From the NCBI GenBank assembly GCA_039621445.1, contig CP154954.1:40231572-40295571 (forward strand): a stretch of 64,000 bases of DNA. The letters run 5' to 3'. Below the pieces are notes generated by a model. The model did no database searches and had not been told where the DNA came from. It worked only from the letters and a program-made list of their open reading frames with translations. This stretch comes from Euglena gracilis (Eukaryota). Each line of letters starts with the position of its first letter. The first letter of the stretch is position 1. A program made the translations under genes and the position numbers. Positions 1-12,100 of this stretch are shown piece after piece.

Positions 1-120
1 TGTCTGCTGCCCATGCCAGCCCAGCACCCACCCCCACCTGCCTGCCCAGTGCCCGATGCTACCTCAACAGTTGTGCATGTTGTTCGCAGATCGCAGATGT
101 GCATGTTTTTGGCAAACGCT

Positions 121-162
<42 letters not shown>

Positions 163-2352
163 GAAGGTTCAGCGTCCAACGCACGGCACATGCAGTCCAC
201 CAGGGTTCGCATTTTTTCCCCAGTTGGGTATGTTGCCAAGGAGCACTGAAGGCAGCGGCAACCACAGGAGCGCAGAAGCAGCAGCAACAGGAGCGCAGGA
301 GCAGCAGCGCCTCCGGCCTGGCGTCCCCATCATTTTGGGGTTGGTTTGATTTAGCAGAGGTGTGGTGAAGGCTACAACGGGTTGGGCCAGCGGTTAATTT
401 AAAGAAATTTATCACCAAGATGCAGGGGGGGGGCACTTTTTTTTGTCTTTTGAAAACGCCACCGATCCCTCAGTTTGTACCATCCCACCGATGCCCTCGG
501 GGCAGGTGAATTTGGTGTGTTCATAGAGAAGCCATGTGGCTTGTTCCTGTTGCCAATTTCCTGTGAAATTTCCTGTGAAATTTGTTCTCAGTTTTGTGAT
601 ATTTGATTTTCATTTTTAAGATTTGTGAAAATTTTTTGATTTTTTCCCATGTGGGCGGGGTTGCAGCCTGCCCATATGCCTCCCCACCACCAGACACATG
701 ATGTCCCGAGGCATTTATGATCCCCAGCCAGACAATGGGTGAAAGGTGGTTAGTGGTGGCCAATGGTCAACTGCTTCTGGCCGTGTTCTTGGCCTGCTTT
801 CCTGCTCTTTCTGCCCTTCTTCCTTCGTTCACCCTGGCCACCTCCTTTTGACGCGGTCTTGCGTCGTTCTGCAGCGCTTCAGCAGCTTTGAAGCAGTTTT
901 GCCACCTTGGACCTGTCTTGAGGGCTTTGGTCTTGCACTTGCTGTGGTTCAGCTTTGGCTGCTTTGGACCTCTTTCCGCTTCGCAGTGGCCATCTTGGCC
1001 ACATTGGGCCCTGCTCACCGTGCTTTGGCTGCAAAGGCAGCCAAAAGGTTTGCTTTGGCCAGCTTGAGTTTCTACCAGTGCTCTATCTGCTCCTCACATC
1101 TTGTGCCTGTTTTCTTTGGCCACCCTGTTTGTTTCTTGGGTCGTGCCAGAAACAAGGCCATTGTATGAGGTTTAGGTTCAGGCATTGGATGATAAGTGCC
1201 TCGCCATGCCATGCATTTGATTTGATCCACTGACCAATGTTGATGTTGTCTCCTGATGTTTGGTGGTGGGTGGCATTGGGCCTGGGCAGACAATGCCGGC
1301 TGTGTTGACACACCACATGTGTTTTGTGTTTTTTTTTGCAGCAACACACTTCCAGAACAGAGCAGTTGGTTCCACCAGAACCCAACCCCCAGTGGGAAAG
1401 AACCTCTAAGTGGTGGCTGTGTGCTTAGTCTGGGCGCGCTTTTTTTTCAGTCTAATTAGTTCAAGTGCCCCCCCCCCCCTCCCCGTGCGATGAAATGGAC
1501 CCCTCCTCTGTGGGGACTGAACCAAAGGGTTGGCCGTCCGTTTTGGTGGGGCAGCATGGGTTGAAGCCGTACACAGAGAAACAGGCACCAATGCTTTGCA
1601 CTCTGGGATGGGCAACACCGGGGTCGCCAGAAGGCAGCCCCGCCGCAGCCGCTGGCAGAGTGGCGGAGGCGGGCGGGCCGGAGCAGCATGCGCCCAGCCG
1701 CGACGGCGAAGATGAGGCGTGCGCGTGTGGGGAGGTGTTTGGGTTTCCGTGTGAGGAGTTTTTTTTTTGTGGGGGGCTGGACTCCCCCCTCCGCTCCGGA
1801 ATTTTTTTGGGTGTTTTTTGGCCTAAATCCATTGCTTTTGAGGCAGTTTTCCCTCGGTGTCTCCAGAGGAAACGACGCCCCCCAGGTGGGGGGAGGGTGG
1901 GAAATGAGTGCTTGGTTGTGAAAAGTGGCTGACCGGATATTTTTTCTGAAGTAGATGGTGACCTCGTTTCAAATGAACGACAGTTTTTTGAACATCATTC
2001 TGGTCTCCCCGTGAGCCCCTGCAAATTGTCGGCACTTGACAGTGAAATTTTTTTTAAAAAAGGCCCAGCATATATTTTTCCTCCAAAAAAAGGGAAATCG
2101 TTTTGATGGGCAGGCAGTCATTGGTTGGGCTGCGGCCAGCTGTGGCCCAACCAAAACCGCAATCTTATCAAAATTTTCGAGTTTGTTGGGCTTCACTTGG
2201 CATTCTTTCATTCTCCCTCCTTGCCAATTCTTCTTTTTGCTGAAACGGAGGGCCTCACTTTCAGGGGGGTGTGGCTGTGCATGTGTTTGAATGTGTTTTT
2301 GATGGTGCCCCCCCCCCCACCGTTCATCTCCCCATTCTCCTCTCCCCCTCAG

Positions 2353-2403
2353 GGCTTCTCATACGCCCCTGCCACACTCGACGGACCGTTCTTCCCAGAG
2401 AAG
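2353..2403 (+). other. Candidate 51-nt exon (GFSYAPATLDGPFFPEK)
   Basis: Polypyrimidine tract plus CAG upstream, GAAG|GTGTGG downstream, length a multiple of 3. No homology recognised. Confidence 0.25.
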
Positions 2404-2899
2404 GTGTGGCACTGCTGTTATGCGGCCAAGGAGCGCTGACCTCACATATGGCAGGCGTTTTCCTTTTGAGGGCGATGCCAGTTGTGTGTTGCCCTGCTTG
2501 TTGGCCAAAGGAGCGGTTCGGCAGTCCAGGGCTCTAACAGGTGGGGAGAAGGGCCACTGGAGGCACCAATTCATCCCGAAAAATTTCTGAAATTTGCAAT
2601 TCGGGGGTGTGGTTCCGGTAATAATGGGGTTTCCATGACGGGGAACCCAGCTTGGTCCTTGGGGCGGGCACCCCCCCCCCCAGGCACCTCTCACCACCCT
2701 TGGCATTTTGCCATTTCGGCCCAAGATTTTTCCGGTGTGGAAAATGCTTTGCATTGATGATGTGGTTTTCTTTGAGAAGTTTGGTTGATCAAATTGGGAC
2801 CCCCAGTTAATCGCGGTTAATTGTTTATTCCCCGCTTCGGCCACCCTCTGTGGGGGTCCAGGCAGCACCTCTTTCCCAGCCGGTTCTCAAATTGGTGTG

Positions 2900-3578
2900 A
2901 AACCAAATTCCAGTAGTGGGCATGCCTGATTTTTGGAAAAAATTTTCCATATCTTGGGTTCGGTCGATTTGGCGACCGAAAATGTGGTGTTCCCCCGCTG
3001 GTCCAAACCACCCCCTATGCATGTGACGCTCCTTCCGCACCTTCTGCAGATCCATTGCAAGAAATGATGATTCATTGAGATTGAGCAATCACCATGCTTC
3101 GGACGAAACCTGATTTCGAAACAATTGAATATTTGGAAGACGATGACGCAGATTTGGATGACGGTTGTTATGAAGGTGACGTCTCTCACCACGTCAAAAG
3201 GGACAATATTGAGTGTTTTTGATTCAGCAAAAAAAGGCACAAGGTTTGTCGAAAGTCGAAAACAACCAGCCAATCTTGTTTTACCAATTTTTTGACCCCC
3301 ATTTTATTTTTGCCAGTCAATGGGAACCAAAATGTCGTAAAATGTGACACAAAGCTTTTGAAGCAGCCCTCGTTGGGGAACAATTGGAAAAGGACAACCC
3401 TGTGTTGGGGGATGCAAACAGGGAATTGGCAAACGGTGAATTGGATGAAATACTGGATCATTTTTTGAAGTGTGAGATTCAGGCAAGCTTTCCAGGAAAA
3501 GAACAGGAAAGATGTGTTTTAGAGAATTGGGAATGCCATCCACCACTAAGGTGTGTGTGGTCGACCACAAGCATTTGA
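2900..3578 (+). pseudogene. Dispersed repeat carrying a decayed coding-like segment of unknown product
   Basis: 2900-3385 is homologous to ~21180-21640. After TTCTGCAG it reads as protein-like text broken by frameshifts and stops (QFFDPHFIFASQWEPKCRKM*HKAFEAALVGEQLEKDNPVLGD...). Confidence 0.35.
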
Positions 3579-4015
3579 GTGGGGTATTTGAAATTCGATC
3601 GAAGGTTGGAGACAAAGTGCGACCAGCCCCCGGGACCAGGTCAGCTGGGTTCCCCACCCCCAAAAACCCCATTATAACTGGAACCAATGCCGAAAATACC
3701 CCACAATGGCAAAAGTTTGGCAATTTTTTGGTATAAATCGGGGCGGAAGGGGGGGGGGGGGCGTGGTTCTCGGGACCAACTGCCTCAATGCCAGGAATTG
3801 GGGGGTGCCAAAACGTGCGACCAGCCCCTGGGGCCAGGTCAGCTGGGTTCCCCACCCCCCAAAACCCCATAATGACTGAAACCACTGCTGAAAACACCCC
3901 ACAATAGCAAATTTTTGGCAATTTTTTTGGTATAAATCGGGGCGGAAGGGGGGGGGGCGTGGTTTCAAGGACCAGATTGCCTCAATGCCAGGAATTGGGG
4001 GGTGCTGAAACGTGC

Positions 4016-4231
4016 GGTACTTGTTCGCTGCACGACCGCCAGTGAATTATGGGGTTATTTGAAGGAGTAGGGTTAGGTGCGCAAATGGCCAGGTTGCGCA
4101 ACATGGCCATTTTGCGCACATGGCCATGTAGCGCAACATGGCCATTTGCGCACCTGACCCTACTCCTTCAATAACCCTAAAAAATCCGACTTGTAAAAAT
4201 TTCACTGGCGGTAGTGCAGCGAACAAGTACC
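4016..4231. mobile_element. 216-bp foldback MITE, Merlin-like (GG...CC termini, 8-bp TSD)
   Basis: TIRs GGTACTTGTTCGCTGCACGACCGCCAGTGAA / TTCACTGGCGGTAGTGCAGCGAACAAGTACC; flanks AAACGTGC / AAATGTGC; palindromic interior of TGCGCA and ATGGCCAT units. The superfamily is inferred from termini and TSD length only. Confidence 0.85.
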
Positions 4232-4886
4232 AAATGTGCGGCCAGCCCCCGGGACCAGGTCAGCTGGGTTCCCCACACCCAAAACCCCACAATAACTGAA
4301 ACCACTGCTGAAAACACCCTACGACAACAAAATTTTGGCAATTTTTTGGTATAAATCGGGGAGGAAGGGGGGGGTGCGTGGTTTCAAGAACCAGATTGCC
4401 TCAATGCCAGGAATTGGGGGGTGCCAAAACGTGCGTGGGACCAGGTCAGCTGGGTTCCCCACCCCCAAAAACCCCATAATGACTGGAACCAATGCCGAAA
4501 ATACCCCACAATTGCAGAAGTTTTGGCAAGTTTTTTGGTATAAATCGGGGCGGAAGGGGAGGTGGCGTGGTTCAAAGGACCAGATACCATTTTTTTTTGG
4601 TTTAAATCAGGGCAAAAGGGGGGGGGGGGGCCGTGGTTCTCGGGACCAGATTGCCTCAATGCCAGGTACTGGGGGGTGACAAAACGTGCGACCAGCCCCC
4701 GGGACCAGGTCAGCTGGGTTCCCCACCCCCCAAAACCCCATTATAACTGGAACAACTGCCGAAAATACCCTACAATGGCAAAAGTTTGGCAATTTTTTGG
4801 GAAAAAGGGGGGGGGAAGGGGGGGGGGGCGTGGTTTCAAGGACCGGATTGCCTCAATGCCAGGAATTGGGGGGTGCTGAAACGTGC

Positions 4887-4935
4887 GGTACTTGTTCGCT
4901 GCACGACCGCCAGTGAATTATGGGGTTATTTGAAG
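4887..4935. mobile_element. Truncated left end of the same Merlin-like MITE
   Basis: Matches the start of 4016-4231, in the same satellite context. Confidence 0.8.
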
Positions 4936-5901
4936 CCACTGCTCACACTGCCCCCCCCCAAAAAATCCCCATTTTTTTTTGGCATCTGCTGGGGGGGGGC
5001 GGGAGGGGGGGGGGCGTGATTTTTCGGGGCCAGATTGCCTCAATGCCAGGAAATTGGGGTGTGCCAAGCGTCCCAGCCCCCGGGACCAGGTCGCTGGGTT
5101 CCCCCCCCCCAAAACCCCACAATAACTGAAACCACTGCTGAAAACACCCAAATAGCAAAATTTTGGCAATTTTTTGGTATATCGGGGGGGGGGGGGTGCG
5201 TGGTTTCAAGAAGCCAGATTGCCTCAATGCCAGGATTGGGGTGCCAAAACGTGCGTGGGACCAGGTCAGCTGGGTTCCCCACCCCCAAAAACCCCATAAT
5301 GACTGGAACCAATGCCGAAAATACCCCACAATTGCTGAAGTTTTGGCAAGTTTTTTGGTATAAATCGGGGCGGAAGGGGAGGTGGCGTGGTTCAAAGGAC
5401 CAGATACCATTTTTTTTTGGTTTAAATCAGGGCAAAAGGGGGGGGGTGCCGTGGTTCTCGGGACCAGATTGCCTCAATGCCAGGTACTGGGGGGTGACAA
5501 AACGTGCGACCAGCCCCCGGGACCAGGCCAGTTGGGTTCCCCAACCCCAAATACCCCATAATAACTGAAACCACTGCTGGTGAACACCCGCAAAAAGCAA
5601 ATTTTTGGCAATTTTTTTGGTATAAATCCGGGCGGAAGGGGGGGGGGCGTGGTTTAAAGGACCAGATTGACTCAATGCCAGGAATTGGGGGGGGTGCCAA
5701 AACGTGCGACCAGCCCCCGGGACCAGGTCAGCTGGGTTCCCCACACCCAAAACCCCACAATAACTGAAACCACTGCTGAAAATACCCAACAAGGGCAAAA
5801 TTTTGGAATTTTTTTGCTAAAAATGGGGGGGGAAGGGGGGGGGCGTGGTTTCAAGGACCGGATTGCCTCAATGCCAGGAATTGGGGGGTGCTGAAACGTG
5901 C

Positions 5902-6117
5902 GGTACTTGTTCGCTGCACGACCGCCAGTGAATTATGGGGTTATTTGAAGGAGTAGGGTTAGGTGCGCAAATGGCCAGGTTGCGCAACATGGCCATTTTG
6001 CGCACATGGCCATGTAGCGCAACATGGCCATTTGCGCACCTGACCCTACTCCTTCAATAACCCTAAAAAATCCGATTTGTAAAAATTTCACTGGCGGTAG
6101 TGCAGCGAACAAGTACC
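5902..6117. mobile_element. Second full copy of the Merlin-like MITE
   Basis: Near-identical to 4016-4231, with the same flanks AAACGTGC / AAATGTGC. Confidence 0.85.
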
Positions 6118-9100
6118 AAATGTGCGGTCAGCCCCCGGGACCAGGTCAGCTGGGTTCCCCACACCCAAAACCCCACAATAACTGAAACCACTGCTGAAAA
6201 CACCCTACGACAACAAAATTCTGGCAATTTTTTGGTACAAATCGGGGAGGAAGGGGGGGGGGCGTGGTTTCTAGAAGCCGATTGTGTCAATGCTAGGAAT
6301 TGGGGGGGCCCTAAACGCCGTTGGGACCAGGTCAGCTGTGTTGCCCACCCCGAAAAACCCCAAAACGACACCCAAATAGCGAAATTTTTTAATTTTTGGA
6401 TTCGGGCGGGGGGGGGGGTGGGGGGCGTGATTTTCGGGGCCAGATTGCCTCAATGCCAGGAATTGGGGGGTGCCAAAACGTGCGGCCAGCCCCCGGGACC
6501 AGGCCAGCTGGGTTCCCCAACCCCAAATACCCCATAATAACTGAAACCACTGCTGGTGAACACCCGCAAAAAGCAAATTTTTGGCAATTTTTTTGGTATA
6601 AATCCGGGCGGAAGGGGGGGGGGGCGTGGTTTAAAGGACCAGATTGATTCAGTGCCAGGAATTGGGGGGTGCCAAAACGTGCGACCAGCCCCCGGGACCA
6701 GGTCAGCTGGGTTCCCCACCCCCCAAGGCCCCATTATAACTGGAGCAACTGCCGAAAACACCCTACGATAGCAAAAGTTTTGGCAATTTTTTGGTATAAA
6801 TCGGGGCGGAAGGGGGGGGGGGCGTGGTTTCAAGGACCAGATTGCCTCAATGCCAGGAATTGGGGGGTGCCAAAACGTGCGACCAGCCCCCGGGACCAGG
6901 TCAGCTGGGTTCCCCACCCCCAAAACCCCCATTCAGAAACACTGGTGGAAACACACCCCCAATAGCAAATTTTGGCAATTTTTGGTATAAATCGGGGCGG
7001 GGGGGGGGTGGGGCGTGGTTTTCGGGACCAGATTGCTTCAATGCCAGGAATTGGGGGGTGCCAAAACGTGCGGGGGGGTGGGTTTTTTTTTGGGTTTTTT
7101 TTCTCTGGGGGGGTTTTTTTTGAGGGGGGGGGGGGGGGGGGGCGGGGGGGGAATGCCAGGAATTGGGGGGTGCTAAAACGTGCGGCCAGCCCCTGGGACC
7201 AGGGCAGCTGGGTTCCCCACCCCCCAAAGCCCCCCATTAACGACGAACAATGCCAAAAAAACCCCACAGTGGCAAAATTTTGGCATGTTTTGTATTACAA
7301 ATCAGGGCGGAAGGGGGGGGGCGTGGTTCTCGGGACCAGATTGCCTCAATGCCAGGAATTGGGGGGTGCCAAAACGTGCGGCCAGCCCCCGGGACCAGGT
7401 CAGCTGGGTTCCCCACCCCCAAATCCCCACAATAATTGAAGCCACTGCTGAAAATACCCCACGATAGCAAAAGTTTTGGCAAGTTTTTTGGTATAAATCG
7501 GGGCGGAAGGGGAGGTGGCGTGGTTCAAAGGACCAGATACCATTTTTTTTTGGTTTAAATCAGGGCAAAAGGGGGGGGGTGCCGTGGTTCTCGGGACCAG
7601 ATTGCCTCAATGCCAGGTACTGGGGGGTGACAAAACGTGCGACCAGCCCCCGGGACCAGGTCAGCTGGGTTCCCCACACCCAAAACCCCACAATAACTGA
7701 AACCACTGCTGGTGAACACCCGCAAAAAGCAAATTTTTGGCAAATTTTTTGGTAAAAAACGGGGGGGAAGGGGGGGGGGGGCGGGGTTTAACGGACCAGA
7801 TTGCCTCAATGCCAGGAATTGGGGGGTGCCAAAACGTGCGACCAGCCCCCGGGACCAGGTCAGCTGGGTTCCCCACCCCCCAAAACCCCATTATAACTGG
7901 AACAACTGCCGAAAATACCCTACAATGGCAAAAGTTTGGCAATTTTTTGCTACAAATCGGGGCGGAAGGGGGGGGGCGTGGTTTCAAGGACCGGATTGCC
8001 TCAATGCCAGGAATTGGGGGGTGCCAAAACGTGCGACCAGCCCCCGGGACCAGGTCAGCTGGGTTCCCCACCCCCAAAAAACACTGCTCAACCCCCCCAA
8101 TAGCAAAATTTTCACAATTTTTTGGGTGCTAATCGGGGGGGGGGGTGGGGCGTGATTTTCGGGCCAGATTGCCTCAATGCCAGGAAATGGGGTGTGCCAA
8201 AACCTGCCACCAGCCCCCTGGACTATGTCAGCTGGGTTCCCCACACCCCAAAACCCCACAATAACTGAAACCACTGCTGAAAATACCCCACGATAGCAAA
8301 ATTTTGGCAATTTTTTGGTATAAATCGGGGGGGGGGGGCTTGGTTTCAAGGACCAGATTGCCTCAATGCCAGGAATTGGGGGGTGCCAAAACGTGCGGCC
8401 AGCCCCCGGGACCAGGTCAGCTGGGTTCCCCACCCCCCAAAACCCCACAATAACTGGAACCAATGCCGAAAACACCCCACAGTTGCAAAATTTTGGCATT
8501 TTTTTATTACAAATCAGGGCGGAAGGGGGGGGGCGTGGTTCTCGGGACCAGATTGCCTCAATGCCAGGAATTGGGGGGTGCCAAAACGTGCGGCCAGCCC
8601 CCGGGACCAGGTCAGCTGGGTTCCCCCCCCCCGAAAACCCCACAATAATTGAAACCACATGCGGAGAAAACCCCCCAAATAGCAAAATTTTGGCAATTTT
8701 TGGTATAATCGGGCGGGGGGGGGGGGGGGGGGGCGTGGTTTCAAGGACCAGATTGCCTCAATGCCAGGAATTGGGGGGTGCCAAAACGTGCGGCCAGCCC
8801 CCGGTACCAGGTCAGCTGGGTTCCCCACCCCCCCAAAACCCCACAATAACTGAAACCAATGCTGAAAACACCCCGCAATAGCAAAATGTTGGCAATTTTT
8901 TTGGTATAAATCGGGGCGGAAGGGGGGGGGCGTGGACCAGATTGCCTCAATGCCAGGAATCGGGGGGGGGGGGTGCCAAAACGTGCGGAGGGACCAGGTC
9001 AGCTGGGTTCCCCACCCCCAAAAACCCCACAATAACTGAAACCACTGCTGCTCAACGACCCCCAAATAGCAAATTTTTGGCAGTTTTTGGGTATAAATCG

Positions 9101-12100
9101 GGGGGCGGCGTGGGGGCGTGGGGGCGTGATTTTCGGGGCCAGATTGTCTCATTGCCAGGAAATGGGGTGTGCCAAAACGTCCCACCAGCCCCCGGGACCA
9201 GGTCAGCTGGGTTCCCCACCCCCCAAAAACCCATGAATATCAGCACCACTGCTGCTCAACGCCCCCCAAATAGCAAAATTTTCACAATTTTTGGGTGGTT
9301 ATCGGGGGGGGGGGGGGCGTGGGGGCGTGATTTTCGGGGCCAGATTGGCTCAATGCCAGGAAATGGGGTGCGCCAAAACGTCCCACCAGCCCCCGGGACC
9401 AGGTCAGCTGGGTTCCCCACCCCCCAAAACCCCATGAATGTCAGCACCACTGCTGCTCAACGCCCCCCAAATAGCAAAATTTTCACAATTTTTGGGCGTT
9501 AATCGGGGGGGGGGGGGGGGGGGGGGGGGGGTTTTGGGGGCCAGATTGGCTCAATGCCAGGAAATGGGGTGTGCCAAAACGTCCCACCAGCCCCCGGGAC
9601 CAGGTCAGCTGGGTTCCCCACCCCCCAAAACCCCATGAATGTCAGCACCACTGCTGCTCAACGCCCCCCAAATAGCAAAATTTTCACAATTTTTGGGCGT
9701 TGATCGGGGGGGGGGGGGCGTGGGGGCGTGATTTTCGGGGCCAGATTGGCTCAATGCCAGGAAATGGGGTGTGCCAAAACGTCCCACCAGCCCCCGGGAC
9801 CAGGTCAGCTGGGTTCCCCACCCCCCAAAACCCCATGAATGTCAGCACCACTGCTGCTCAACGCCCCCCAAATAGCAAAATTTTCACAATTTTTGGGCGT
9901 TGATCGGGGGGGGCGGCGTGGGGGCGTGATTTTCGGGGCCAGATTGGCTCAATGCCAGGAAATGGGGTGTGCCAAAACGTCCCACCAGCCCCCGGGACCA
10001 GGTCAGCTGGGTTCCCCACCCCCCAAAACCCCATGAATATCAGCACCACTGCTGCTCAACGCCCCCCAAATAGCAAATTTTTCACATTTTTGGGGCGTTA
10101 ATCGGGGGGGGGGGGCGTGGGGGCGTGATTTTCGGGGCCAGATTGCCTCAATGCCAGGAAATGGGGTGTGCCAAAACGTCCCACCAGCCCCCGGGACCAG
10201 GTCAGCTGGGTTCCCCACCCCCCAAAACCCCATGAATGTCAGCACCACTGCTGCTCAACACCCCCAAATAGCAAAATTTTCACAATTTTTGGGCGTTGAT
10301 CGGGGGGGGGGGGGGGGCGGGGGGGCGTGATTTTCGGGGCCAGATTGCCTCAATGCCAGGAAATGGGGTGTGCCAAAACGTCCCACCAGCCCCCGGGACC
10401 AGGTCAGCTGGGTTCCCCACCCCCCAAAACCCCATGAATATCAGAACCACTGCTGCTCAACGCCCCCCAAATAGCAAAATTTTCACAATTTTTGGGTGCT
10501 AATAGGGGGGGGGGGCGTGGGGGCGTGATTTTCGGGGCCAGATTGGCTCAATGCCAGGAAATGGGGTGTGCCAAAACGTCCCACCAGCCCCCCGGACCAG
10601 GTCAGCTGGGTTCCCCACCCCCCAAAACCCCATGAATATCAGAACCACTGCTGCTCAACGCCCCCCAAATAGCAAAATTTTCACAATTTTTGGGTGCTAA
10701 TAGGGGGGGGGGCGTGGGGGCGTGATTTTCGGGGCCAGATTGCCTCAATGCCAGGAAATGGGGTGTGCCAAAACGTCCCACCAGCCCCCGGGACCAGGTC
10801 AGCTGGGTTCCCCACCCCCCAAAACCCCATGAATATCAGAACCACTGCTGCTCAACGCCCCCCAAATAGCAAAATTTTCACAATTTTTGGGTGCTAATAG
10901 GGGGGGGGGGGCGTGGGGGCGTGATTTTCGGGGCCAGATTGGCTCAATGCCAGGAAATGGGGTGTGCCAAAACGTCCCACCAGCCCCCGGCACCAGGTCA
11001 GCTGGGTTCCCCACCCCCCAAAACCCCATGAATGTCAGCACCACTGCTGCTCAACACCCCCCAAATAGCAAAATTTTCACAATTTTTGGGCGTTGATCGG
11101 GGGGGGGGGGGGGTGGGGGCGTGATTTTCGGGGCCAGATTGGCTCAATGCCAGGAAATGGGGTGTGCCAAAACGTCCCACCAGCCCCCGGGACCAGGTCA
11201 GCTGGGTTCCCCACCCCCCAAAACCCCATGAATATCAGCACCACTGCTGCCAAACGCCCCCCAAATAGCAAAATTTTCACAATTTTTGGGCGTTAATCGG
11301 GGGGGGGGGCGTGATTTTTGGGGCCAGATTGCCTCAATGCCAGGAAATGGGGTGTGCCAAAACGTCCCACCAGCCCCCGGGAGCGGGTCAGCTGGGTTCC
11401 CCACACCCCAAAACCCCATGAATATCAGCACCACTGCTGCTCAACGCCCCCCAAATAGCAAAATTTTCACAATTTTTGGGTGCTAATAGGGGGGGCGGCG
11501 TGGGGGCGTGATTTTCGGGGCCAGATTGGCTCAATGCCAGGAAATGGGGTGTGCCAAAACGTCCCACCAGCCCCCGGCACCAGGTCAGCTGGGTTCCCCA
11601 CCCCCCAAAACCCCATGAATATCAGCACCACTGCTGCTCAACGCCCCCCAAATAGCAAAATTTTCACAATTTTTGGGCGTTAATCGGGGGGGGGGGGGGG
11701 GGTTTTTGGGGCCAGATTGCCTCAATGCCAGGAAATGGGGTGTGCCAAAACGTCCCACCAGCCCCCGGGAGCGGGTCAGCTGGGTTCCCCACACCCCAAA
11801 ACCCCATGAATGTCAGCACCACTGCTGCTCAACGACCCCCAAATAGCAAAATTTTCACAATTTTTGGGTGCTAATAGGGGGGGGGGCGTGGGGGCGTGAT
11901 TTTCGGGGCCAGATTGCCTCAATGCCAGGAAATGGGGTGTGCCAAAACGTCCCACCAGCCCCCGGGACCAGGTCAGCTGGGTTCCCCACCCCCCAAAACC
12001 CCATGAATATCAGAACCACTGCTGCTCAACGCCCCCCAAATAGCAAAATTTTCACAATTTTTGGGTGCTAATAGGGGGGGGGGGCGTGGGGGCGTGATTT

